Source of the DNA: Malacoraja senta
Taxonomy: Eukaryota
Reading direction: 5' to 3'
Assembly (NCBI GenBank): GCA_038087875.1
Contig: CM075993.1
Coordinates: 11,968,001-12,032,000 of the forward strand
DNA length: 64,000 nucleotides
Shown here: positions 36,238 to 47,964 of the stretch, in pieces
Layout: each line of letters opens with the position of its first letter
How positions within the stretch are numbered: position 1 is the first letter of the stretch
Position numbers and translations under genes: made by a program
Notes under the pieces: generated by a model
Databases searched by the model: none
What the model was told of the DNA's origin: nothing
The model's input: the letters and a program-made list of their open reading frames with translations, nothing else

Positions 36238-38073
36238 GAAGAGAAAGAGATTAGGTAAAACAAATGTAGGTCCCTTGTAGTCAGAAACATGTGAATTGAT
36301 CATGGGGAACAAGGACATGGCAGACCAATTGAATAACTACTTTGGTTCCGTCTTCACTAAGGAAGACATAAATAATCTGCCGGAAATAGCAGGGGGCCGC
36401 GGGTCAAATGAGATGGAGGAACTGAGTGAAATCCAGGTTAGTCGGGAAGTGGTGTTGGGTAAATTGAATGGATTAAAGGCCGATAAATCACCAGGGCCAG
36501 ATAGGCTGCATCCCAGAGTACTTAAGGAAGTAGCTCCAGAAATAGTGGATGCATTAGTGATAATTTTTCAAAACTCTTTAGATTCTGGAGTAGTTCCTGA
36601 GGATTGGAGGGTAGCAAACGTAACCCCACTTTTTAAGAAGGGAGTGAGAGAGAAAACGGGGAATTACAGACCAGTTAGTCTAACATCGGTAGTGGGGAAA
36701 CTGCTAGAGTGAGTTATTAAAGATGGGATAGCAGCACATTTGGAAAGTGGTGAAATCATTGGACAAAGTCAGCATGGATTTACGAAAGGTAAATCATGTC
36801 TGACGAATCTTATAGAATTTTTCGAGGATGTAACTAGTAGAGTGGATAGGGGAGAACCAGTGGATGTGTTGTATCTGGACTTTCAGAAGGCTTTCGACAA
36901 GGTCCCACATAAGAGATTAGTATACAAACTTAAAGCACACGGTATTGGGGGTTCAGTATTGATGTGGATAGAGAACTGGCTGGCAAACAGGAAGCAAAGA
37001 GTAGGAGTAAACGGGTCCTTTTCACAATGGCAGGCAGTGACTAGTGGGGTACCGCAAGGCTCAGTGCTGGGACCCCAGCTATTTACAATTTATATTAATG
37101 AACTGGATGAGGGAATTGAAGGCAACATCTCCAAGTTTGCGGATGACACTAAGCTGGGGGGCAGTGTTAGCTGTGAGGAGGATGCTAGGAGACTGCAAGG
37201 TGACTTGGATAGGCTGGGTGAGTGGGCAAATGTTTGGCAGATGCAGTATAATGTGGATAAATGTGAGGTTATCCACTTTGGTGGCAAAAACAGGAAAGCA
37301 GACTATTATCTAAATGATGGCCGATTAGGAAAAGGGGAGATGCAGCGAGACCTGGGTGTCATGGTACACCAGTCATTGAAAGTAGGCATGCAGGTGCAGC
37401 AGGCAGTGAAGAAAGCGAATGGTATGTTAGCTTTCATAGCAAAAGGATTTGAGTATAGGAGCAGGGAGGTTCTACTGCAGTTGTACAGGGTCTTGGTGAG
37501 ACCACACCTGGAGTATTGCGTACAGTTTTGGTCTCCAAATCTGAGGAAGGACATTATTGCCATAGAGGGAGTGCAGAGAAGGTTCACCAGACTGATTCCT
37601 GGGATGTTAGGACTGTCTTATGAAGAAAGACTGGATAGACTTGGTTTATACTCTCTAGAATTTAGGAGATTGAGAGGGGATCTTATAGAAACTTACAAAA
37701 TTCTTAAGGGGTTGGACAGGCTAGATGCAGGAAGATTGCTCCCGATGTTGGGGAAGTCCAGGACAAGGGGTCACAGCTTAAGGATAAGGGGGAAATCCTT
37801 TAAAACCGAGATGGGAAGAACTTTTTTCACACAGAGAGTGGTGAATCTCTGGAACTCTCTGCCACAGAGGGTAGTCGAGGCCAGTTCATTGGCTATATTT
37901 AAGAGGGAGCTAGATGTGGCCCTTGTGGCTAAAGGGATCAGAGGGTATGGAGAGAAGGCAGGTACGGGATACTGAGTTGGATGATCAGCCATGATCATAT
38001 TGAATGGCGGTGCAGGCTCGAAGGGCCGAATGGCCTACTCCTGCACCTAATTTCTATGTTTCTATGTTTCTAT
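36238..38073 (+). mobile_element. young CR1 LINE, 5'-truncated, RT domain nearly intact
   Basis: Continuous ORF2 frame with a single TGA at 36710-12; YLDFQKAFDKV, GVPQGSVLGP, FADD motifs; (TTTCTATG)n tail. Confidence 0.95.
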
Positions 38074-38285
38074 CACAAGGCAATTGTAGACAAAGAACTT
38101 CTTAAATGTTGACACTAATGCCTTGTGGAACATAATGGGCGAGAGGTGCATGCTCATCGAGAACAAGGTGGAAGGTGAACAAGGTAGGCACACTTCCATC
38201 TGGAAGGACAAACCAGAAGTACCCATCTTTATGGGGTTGCTTTGCTATCCAGATGAATAATTGGCATATTGATGACTCCTTGTGA
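38071..38285 (+). repeat. 215-bp direct duplicate of 50768-50982
   Basis: 212/215 identical by manual alignment. Confidence 0.95.
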
Positions 38286-40211
38286 CAGACAGCACCCAAA
38301 GTCAGGATCGAACCCAGGACTCGCGCTGTAAGGCAGCAACTCTACCATTGTGACACAGTGCCACTCCTAAACCTTTCCTATCAATGTACCTGTCCAAGCA
38401 TCTTTTAAATGCTTTTATAGTACCTGCCTCAAATAGCTCTTCTGTTTCATATACCCGGTGAAAAGGTTGTCCCTCAGGTTCCTATTAAATCTTTCATTCT
38501 CATTTTAAACCTACGATTTCTAGTTTTTGATTCCTCATCCCTGGGAAAACGACTGTACATTCACCCTATTAATTCCCCACATGATTTTATGCACCTCTAT
38601 AAGATCATCCCTCAACCTCCTGTCCTCCGAGGAATAAAGGTCCATCCTGCCCAACCCCACTGACCACAACTGAACACAGTCCTCTAAACGTGATCCTCAC
38701 CAACATCTTATACAACGTCCCAACTGAACACAGTCCTCTCAACGTGATCCTCACCAATGTCTTGTACAACTGTAATATAACGTCCCAACTGTTATGCTCA
38801 ATACTTTTACTGATGGAGGCTAATGCACCAATAGCCTTCTTCACCACCCCATCTACCAGTGACACCACTATCAGGGAACTATGTACTGGCTCTCCTTCAT
38901 TGGAAAAATAATAAAATATCAACTGAAAAGTGCAGAAACTAAAACTGCAATCACCAACATGAACTTTTAAAAGGGAAATTCTTGTTTGACCAATCTCACT
39001 AAATTCTTTAACTCTGAAAGAATTTCAGCCAAATGGATAGCCAGTAAGACAGTTTAAGAAACAGTTAGACAGGTACGTGGATAGGACAGGTTTGGATGGA
39101 TATGGACCAAGAGCAGGCAAGAGCAGGCAAGTGGGACTAGTGTAGCTGGGACATTGTTGGCCGGTGGAAACAGACCCTTCGGCGAGTTGGGCCGAAGGGC
39201 CTGTTTTCACACTGTATCACTCTATGACTCTACAAGGGATAAATGACAAATATTCAGTTTCAGGAGCTCGTGAGTGGGTCCCCGCCTGTATCAATGTGTT
39301 TGCTTGCAATTTACACAAACCATTTAGGAGATTGCTAAGTCTAAATGAAATAATGCAAGTAAATACGATTGGGGTAGAAAGGTACAATGTGCGGCATGGA
39401 TACAGTGGGCTGATCGGTCTGTATTACACTTGACTATGTGCATTGACTGCAAGAGAGCGTTAATATTGAGGGAGCCTGCAGCAAATTCTAAAACAGTAGA
39501 ATGGACATCAAACTCATCACTGAATTTTAACAAGGTGTCCAAAGAATTATGATTTGGCAATAAATAAAAGGGTCATGTGTTACTTAGAAAATAAATGAAT
39601 TAGGGCAAAATAACACAAATCTGGTGCAAATACACTGATCACGGAGCAGCAATGCAAGTAAATGCGATATCGCATTGTTTTTTTGCATTAAAGCATCAAG
39701 CATCAAGTCAAAGAATATTTGGAGTAGTGTATATATATTTCTGGTTATCATCTTATCTGTCCAAAACATTTGTTTGACCACATTTACAACATTGTGGACA
39801 GGTCTGCATGCCTCACGACAGAAAGGCTGTGGTTTTAAGAGAGATTACCAAAGAGATTCTGTAGGATATTGCCCAGAATGTAGGGCTGTCATTATGAGGA
39901 AAAATTGGATGGGCTGTAGTTTATTTTGATGTAGGAGGCTGAGGTGTGACAGTCAGTCTTTCCCCACAGCCAGGGGAGTCTACAACTGGAGGGCACATTG
40001 TTAATTGAGAGGAGAGAAACCTAAGGGACAGGTTTTTCATACATAGTGTAATGATTATCCTGCATGAGCTACCAGAGAAGCTGGCGGAGACAGATACCAA
40101 CAGTTAACAGACATTTGGACAGGTATGTGTAGAGGAAAGGCATAGAAGGACAAGGACTAATGCAGGCAAATGGGATTACAGCATATAGAGATCACATTCA
40201 GCATGGGTACA

Positions 40212-40680
40212 AAGAAAATTTGCGAGAATGTTGCCAGGACTGGAGGGTCTGCGCTACAGACAGAGGTTGACTACGGTGGGACTCTATTCCTTGGAACACA
40301 GGAGGATGAGGGGTGATCTTATAGAGGTGTATAAAATCATGAGAGGAATAGATCGGGCAGATGCACAGAGTCTTTTGCCCAGAGTAGGTGAATCGGGAAC
40401 CAGAGGACATTGGTTTAAAGTGAAGGGAAAAGATTTAATAGGAATCTAAGGGGTAATTTTTGCACACATGTATGGAACAAGCTGCCAGAGGCGGTAGTTG
40501 AGGCTGGGACTATCCCATCGTTTAATAAAGTGTTGGACAGCTACATGGATAGGACAGGTTTGGAGGGATATGGGCCAAATGCAGGCAAGTGGGATTAGTG
40601 TAGCTGGGACACGTTGGCCAGTGTGGACAAGTTGGGCTGAAGGGCCTGTTTCCACACTGTATCACTGTACGTGTCTATGA
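40212..40680 (+). mobile_element. CR1 LINE 3' end
   Basis: MLPGLEGL.YR.RL...RGDLIEVYKIMRG; 3' UTR. Confidence 0.85.
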
Positions 40681-41189
40681 CACGTTGGCCAAAAAGGCCT
40701 GTTTTTTGTGCTGTATGAATCAACGATCTAAGATTGCGATGAAGATGTCTTCAAGATCCTCCCGGTGCCAGGTTCACCACCTTTTATCCCATTCAGTTGC
40801 TCCTGCTATCCACTCCTCCCCCTTCTCTGCAACATAAAACAGTCTGTATTTCTTGGTTTGGATGGGATGTCATTAACCTGAAACGATAACTCAGTTTTCT
40901 GCCTCCACAGACGCTGCCGGACTGCTGAGTATTTCCATCATTTAATTTTTATATTCCTGCCCATTCACTGCTGATCCTCTCGATAATATATGTGACAATG
41001 CTGTGCAATGTACGTGATGCCAGCCGCAAAAAGATACATAAACATAAAAGGAACTGCAGATGCTGATTTACGAACACAGACACAATGTGCTGGAGTAACT
41101 CAGCTGGCCAGGCATGTTTGGAGAACATGGAAAGGAGACCAATTTTTGTCTGCAGAAGGGTCCCGACCCAAAACGTCACCAATCAATGT

Positions 41190-41660
41190 TTCAGTTTCAG
41201 TTTAGTTTATTGTCGCATGCACTGAGGTAGAGTGAAAAGCTTTTGTTGCGTGCTAGTGAAAAGCTTTTGTTGCGTGCTACCCAGTCAGCAAAAAGACAAT
41301 ACATGACTACAATTGAACCATTTACAGTGTAATAACATTTAGTGCAAGGTAAAGCCAGTAAGGTCCGATCAAAGATAGTCCGAGGATCACCAGTGAGTTA
41401 GATAGCAGTTCAGGACTGCTCTCTGGTTTTGGTAAGATGATTCAGTTGCCTGATAACAGCTGGGAAGAAACTGTACCTGAATCTGGAGATGTACATTTTC
41501 ACACTTCTCTACCTTGGAAGAGGGGAAAAGAGGGAGTGGCCAGGATGCAACTCGTACTTGATTATGTTGCTGGCCTTGCCGAGGCAGCGTAAGGTATAAA
41601 TGGAGTCAATGGAAGGGAGGTTGGTTTGTGTGATGGTCTTGGCTGCGTCCACAATGCGCT
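41190..41660 (-). mobile_element. Rex1/Babar LINE 3' end
   Basis: Reverse complement of the 56960-57418 type sequence; (AAACT)n tail. Confidence 0.75.
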
Positions 41661-41836
41661 GTTCCCCAAAGATGATTCCTGACCCGCTGAGTTACTCACC
41701 GTGTGTGTTATTTCACATAAAATACATGCTCAACCCAGTAGCAGATAAACTTGCTATTTAGACATTCAACTTACAAATTATGAGCGATTTCCAATTAGTG
41801 TTTCATTACCTCGAACTATTTTAAAAATCACTTTAC

Positions 41837-42008
41837 CTGAAGTTGTTTTAATAATTCCTCAGAAGGTTTAGTTTGTGTCAACTTATTCTTATAAGCCAGT
41901 TTGTAAGCCTTCAGATTCTGCCTGTGACGTTTGATGTGGTCCCAGGACCACATACGGTATTTTCTCCGAAGATGAACTTCCAAAATTCCTGTGACCACAT
42001 ACTTCCAC
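41837..42008 (-). CDS. VPS13C: VPS13C exon (172 nt): WKYVVTGILEVHLRRKYRMWSWDHIKRHRQNLKAYKLAYKNKLTQTKPSEELLKQLQ
   Basis: cag|G TGG...CAG|gtaaa; WWKY...WSW motif. Confidence 0.95.
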
Positions 42009-42119
42009 CTGAAGTAGAGAAAGTTAATGATTTTATGGCAAGAAAGGTTTCACAATGATGAAAGTAAAAGTCCAGGAAAAAAGATCATTGACACAGAACT
42101 GGTGGAATCCAAGGGAGTA

Positions 42120-42995
42120 GAGAGAGATACAAAGTGCTGGAGTAACTCTCCTGGATCAGGCAGCATCTCTGGAGAATATGGATAGGGGACGTTTCATGTT
42201 GGGACCCTTTTTCAGACTGATTGTGGGGGTGGGGTGGAGGGGGAGGGGACTGGTAGAGAGGAGGGACAGGACAAAAAAGAACACAAAGCGGGGAGAGCAG
42301 GAGGAAAAAGTCTGAAGAATGGTCTCGACCAGAAACATCACCCATTCCTTTTCTCGAATGATACTGCTTGTCCCGCTGAGTTACTCCAGCAAACTCTCCA
42401 TCCCCTCCCCAGTTCCCCACCAGTCTTACTGTCTCCGACTACATTCTATCTCTGTACTGCTCACTCCCCTGACATCAGTCTGAAGAAGGGTCTCGACCCG
42501 AGACGTTACCCATTCCTTCTCTCCAGAGATGCTGCCTGTCCCGCTGAGTTACCCCAGCATTTTGTGTCTACCAAAATACACAAAGTCTTGGAGTTAACTC
42601 CACCATGCCATGGCCGGTACGGTGGCACAGCGGTAGAGTTGCTGCTTTACAGTGCTTGCAGCACCGGAGACCCGGGTTCGATCCCGACTATGGGCGCTGT
42701 CTGTACGGAGTTTGTAAGTTCTCCTCGTGACTGCATGGGTTTTCTCCGAGATCTTCGGTTAACCCCCCACACTCCAAACACATACAGGTTTGTAGGTTAA
42801 TTGGTTCAGTAGAACTGTAAAATGTCCCTAGTGTGTGTAAGGTAGTGTTAATGTGTGGGGTTCACTGGTGGGCTGAAGGGCCTGTTTCTGAGCTGTATCA
42901 CTAAACTAAAACTAAACTAAACTCAGCGGATCAGGCAGCATCTCTGGAGAGCATGGCTAGGTGACATTTTGGGTCAGGACCCTTCTTTAGATTCC
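42120..42995. mobile_element. cluster of four PLE pseudo-LTRs (-,+,+,-) with a V-SINE inserted
   Basis: Hammerhead-type cores at ~42188(-), 42310(+), 42478(+), 42961(-). Confidence 0.75.
42615..42922 (+). mobile_element. V-SINE (HE1-like)
   Basis: Head, V-domain, tail; splits a PLE terminus at AACTC. Confidence 0.85.
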
Positions 42996-43150
42996 AGGAC
43001 AAAAAGACTCCACAGTAGGACAAAGCTAGCAAGTGATAGGTGGATACAGGAGAGGAGTTCTGCGAAGAGCAGAAAAAACAAGCCAAAAGGAAGAAAAATG
43101 GCTGACAAACTAAAAAGCTTTAGGAAACCAACACAGCTCAAATGACTTAC

Positions 43151-43257
43151 CATGTAGCAGCATTAGTATGAAGTGGTACGATTGGCTTGTATTTTCTATA
43201 CGGGGCATTTCTGACCATGTAGTTCACGGATTCCAATAGATCAATAATACTCAGATA
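43151..43257 (-). CDS. VPS13C: VPS13C exon (107 nt): YLSIIDLLESVNYMVRNAPYRKYKPIVPLHTNAAT(W)
   Basis: cag|TAT...TG|gtaagt. Confidence 0.95.
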
Positions 43258-43559
43258 CTGGAAACAAGTACAATTATTAGTTCAGAAAACCATCACTTCA
43301 AATGTTCACATACATGTCGAACTGTAGCACAAATTTTATTTTTCATACGTTAACTATACCCGCCACAAATCAATATTCAAATTGAACTTCCCGATCATTT
43401 CCAGATTCGCTGATTAAAGGAACGTTGGTTACTGATTGCTGGAACGTTGTTAATAAATCCATTTCCATCACTCAAAAGACGAATATTAGATAGGCAGGTC
43501 ATTTAGACCAACAGTTCATGAAACTGTTTATGAGCCATATGAACATCCTCCTCTCACAC

Positions 43560-45695
43560 TATCCATATGATAACCATATAACCATTACAGCACGGAAACA
43601 GGCCATCTCGGCCCGTCAAGTCCGTGCCGAACATTATTATTATTATTATAATTATATATTTTTTTATAAATAAATACTACCTGCACTCAGACCATAACCC
43701 TCCATTCCTTTCCCGTCCATATACCCATCCAATCTATTTTTAAAGGATAAAATCGAACCTGCCTCCACCACTTCCACTGGAAGCTCATTCCACACAGCTA
43801 CCACTCTCTGAGTAAAGAAGTTCCCCCTAATGTTACCCGTAAACTTCTGTCCCTTAATTCTCAAGTCATGTCCCCTTGTTTGAATCTTCCCTACTCTCAA
43901 TGGAAAAAGCTTATCCACGTCAACTCTGTCTAACTCGCTCATAATTTTAAAGACCTCTATCAAGTCCCCTCTTAACCTTCTGCGCTCCAAAGAATAAAGA
44001 CCTAACTTGTTCAACCTTTCTCTGTAACTTAGTTGCTGAAACCCAGGCAACATTCTAGTAAATCTCCTCTGTACTCTCTCTATTTTGTTGACATCCTTCC
44101 TATAATTAGGCGACCAAAATTGTACTCCATACTCCAGAATTGGCCTCACCAATGCCTTGTACAATTTTAACATTACATCCCAACTTCTATATTCAATGCA
44201 CTGATTTATAAAGGCCAGCACACCAAAAGCTTTCTTTACCACCCTATCTACATGAGATTCCACCTTCAGGGAACTATGTACAGTTATTCCTAGATCCCTC
44301 TGTTCAACTGAATTCCTCAATTCTCTACCATTTACCATGTACGTCCTATTTTGATTTGTCCTGCCGAGATGTAGTACCTCACATTTATCAGCATTAAACT
44401 CCATCTGCCATCTTTCAGCCCACTCTTCCAAATGGCCTAAATCTCTCTGTAGACTTTGAAAATCTACTTCATTATCCACCACACCACCTATCTTAGTATC
44501 ATCTGCATACTTACTAATCCAATTTTCCACACCATCATCCAGATCATTGATGTACATGACAAACAACAGTGGACCCAACACAGACCCCTGAGGCACCCCA
44601 CTAGTCACAGGCCTCCAACCTGACAAACAGCCATCCACCATTACTCTCTGGCATCTCCCATTCAGCCACTGTTGAATCCATCTTGCTACTCCACCATTAA
44701 TACCCAACAATTTAATCTTCTTAACCAACCTTCCATGAGGAACCTTGTCAAAGGCCTTACTGAAGTCCATATAGACAACATCCACTGTTTTACCCTCATC
44801 AATTTCCCTAGTAACCTCTTCGAAAAATTCTAGAAGATTAGTCAAACATGACCTTCCAGGCACAAATCCATGTTGACTGTTCCTAATCAGACCCTGCTTA
44901 TCCAGATGCTTATATATATATTATCTCTAAGTATCCTTTCCATTAATTTGCCCACAACTGACGTCAAACTAACAGGTCTATAATTGCTTGGTTTACTCTT
45001 AGAACCCTTTTTAAACAACGGAACAACATGCGCAGTACGCCAATCCTCCGGCACTATTCCCGTTTCTAATGACATTTGAAATATTTCTGTCATAGCCCCT
45101 GCTATTTCTACACTAACTTCCCTCAATGTCCTCGGGAATATCCTGTCAGGACCTGGAGACTTATCCGTTTTCATCTTTTTCAAAAGTGTCCGCACCTCCT
45201 CTTCTTTGAATCTCATAGTTTCCATTGCTACTCTGCTTGTTTCCCTTACCTCACATAATTCCATATCCTTCTCCTTGGTGAATACCGAAGAAAAGAAATT
45301 GTTCAATATCTCCCCCATCTCTTTTGGCTCTGCAGATAGCTGTCCACTCTGACTCTCTAATGGACCAATTTTATTCCTTGTTATCCTTTTGCTATTAATA
45401 TAGCTGTAGAAACCCTTTGGATTTACTTTCACCTTACTTGCCAAAGCAACCTCATATCTTCTTTTAGCTTTTCTAATTTATTTCTTAATATTCTTTTTAC
45501 ATTCTTTATACTCCTCAAGCACCTCATTTACTCCATGCTGCCTATAATTATTGTAGATCTCTCTCTTTTTCCGAACCAAGTGTCCAATTTCCCTTGAAAA
45601 CCATAGCTCTTTCCAATTTTTACTATTTCCTTTCAACCGAACAGGGACATAAAGATTCTGTACTCTTAAAATTTCACCCTTAAATGTCCTCCATG
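43560..45695 (-). mobile_element. CR1 LINE (second subfamily), ~2.1 kb, 5'-truncated
   Basis: ORFs 44887-45444 and 43664-44863 carry the RT (YMDFSKAFDKV, GVPQGSVLGP, YADD); frameshift at a (TA)n run near 44911. Confidence 0.95.
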
Positions 45696-47356
45696 CGAGG
45701 AATAGATCAGGTAAATGCACTGAGTTTTTTAATCTGGAAGAGGGGAATCAAGAACCAGAGGACATAGGTTTAAGGTGAAGGTGGGAGGGGGGGGAGATTT
45801 AATAGAAACCCCATGGGCATATTTTTACACAAAGGGTGTTCGGTATATGGAACGAATTGCCAGAAGAGGTAGTTAAGGCTGATACTATCAAAATGTTTAA
45901 AAAACATTTGGACAAGTGCGTGGATAGGATAGGTTTAGAAGGATATGGATCAAACGCAGGCAGGTGGGACTTGTGTAGATGGGGCATGTTGGTTGGTATG
46001 GGCAAGTTGAGCTGAAGGGCCTATTTTCATGCTATATGACTATGACAGCGCAACAATAACTGAATGATAAGTTCATCAAACATCACGGGTACTCAGAACA
46101 ATAAGTAAACCATTTAAAACACTGCCGTCAAAGGAAAGCATCAGGCAAAGATGGAATGAAGGAGGTTATTGGCTCAGAACCCCACACACATTGGGTTGAG
46201 CTGAGGGGTGTGACAGTTGAACTATATCAGAGCGATTTCCTTTAAATGATACACACACGCCCGGATAGAGCTGCCAGCGATGGCGGTGGAGGCAGATGCA
46301 AGTGGCATTTAAGAAGCTTTTGGATAGGCACGTGGATATGCGGCGAATGGAGGAACATGAATCACATGTAGGTTGAGGAGATTAGTTGGCATCAAGTTCG
46401 GCACAGATATTGTGGGTGAAGGGTTTGTTCCTGTGCTAGGTTGGCCACACTGCCCAATGTGCCAAGTCTATCTTTGTATGAACACTATGCAGCTAATAAG
46501 ACCCTCACTGGCATGTGCACAGGCATCCCCTGAACCAAAAGGGCCACGTCCATGGATGTTAACGGACTGAAGCAATGCAAGGTGCCCAAGATACAGCACC
46601 ATGCTCTAGCTAGAGTGCCACTGGCAATTTACAACAACATCACTTACACGAGATAAATCCCAAAACTCAGACTGTGCAAAGGGATAGCGGTCAGTGAGGA
46701 GGTTGAGCCGGCGGTCGAGGTCGAGGAAGGGGTCGGCGGGCAAGGTCGAGGGTGGCGGCAGTGGTCGAGGGCAGGCAACGTGGGTGCCGGAGGTCAGACG
46801 CGCCACCGAGAACAAAGGAGTCGCTCTTTATACGGCGACTCTTTGCATGGTTTGGGAATGCACGGTGACTTGTGCCTTTGTGACTATAAAGTATCATTCA
46901 TTCATAAAGTATCATTCATTCATAAAGTTATTCATTCATTCATTCATGAATGTGGTCGGCCAAAGGGCTCATTCCAGTGTTGTTCAACCCTAAGGCCTCT
47001 CTTTACTTCCCAACGGATATAGGATTGGAAGTGGCGATTAGCAATTGTGGGACAAAGAAAAGACAGTCCAAAATAACACAAATTTTAGGAACCTATTCCC
47101 CATCCTGGATAAATAGACCGATGTTTGCAGCTTTAATAGTAGCAGTTGAAATTATTACATTAAATTTTTATCACAGTTCCTTGGTTTGTTTCACTTTGTA
47201 CAAAAAAATATTTTCAATACCAGAAAAACTACAACATTGGACATCTAACCTTAAATTTATTTTTCACCAGTCATTAACCATAAACTAGTAAATCTTTAAT
47301 AAAGTTCTGGATGCTTTAATCATCAAACAGAATGAGGACGTTGAATACGATCCTAC

Positions 47357-47484
47357 CTGTGGCTTAGTCATCTCTATGTCTATGCTCTGCACTTCCATGT
47401 CCAGGTTTATTTTCGGCGAGTTCAATACAGCTTCAGCAGAAGGATTGATGTGAAGTTTGGCCGATGCTGATATTGGTCTGAAAA
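47357..47484 (-). CDS. VPS13C: VPS13C exon (128 nt): IFRPISASAKLHINPSAEAVLNSPKINLDMEVQSIDIEMTKPQ
   Basis: cag|TT TTC...CAG|gtagg. Confidence 0.95.
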
Positions 47485-47633
47485 CTGAATGGTGAATTAC
47501 ATTAAATATCCTGCATCATAAAACCAAAGCAACATAGCGGCATTTGCATGCATTTGCATAAACCATGAAAATTGCCTGGTCTATTGAGGAGAATAAACTT
47601 TGCTGCAGCATGATATGGATCAGTCCCAGGTGA

Positions 47634-47913
47634 GGGCGGCATGGTGGCTCAGAGGTAGAGTTACTGCTTACAGCGCCAGAGACCCAGACTACGGGTGCAG
47701 TCTGTACGGAGGTTTACTTTCGTGGATTTCCTCTGGGGAGCTCTGCTTTCCTCTCACATGCCAAAGACATACAGGTATGTAGGCTAATTGGCTTGGTATA
47801 ATCGTAAATTGTCTCTAGTGTGTGTAAGAGAGTGCTGAAGTACGGGGATCGCTGGTCATCGCAGACTTGGTGGGCCGAAGGGCCTGTGTCCGTGCTGTAT
47901 TTCTAAACTAAAC
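47634..47913 (+). mobile_element. V-SINE (degenerate)
   Basis: Head and tail match other copies. Confidence 0.75.
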
Positions 47914-47964
47914 TTAAGTAGGTCAGACAGATAGAGCAGCTGGAGTTAGAATTTAATCATATTT

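Noticed and set aside
35491..36239. Several overlapping 110-190 aa ORFs
   Set aside because: Open on both strands because GC-rich sequence has few stops; no recognisable domain; bounded by a TSD and a retroposon tail.
38668..38775. 54-bp tandem duplication
   Set aside because: Local duplication inside a decayed CR1; no sign of function.
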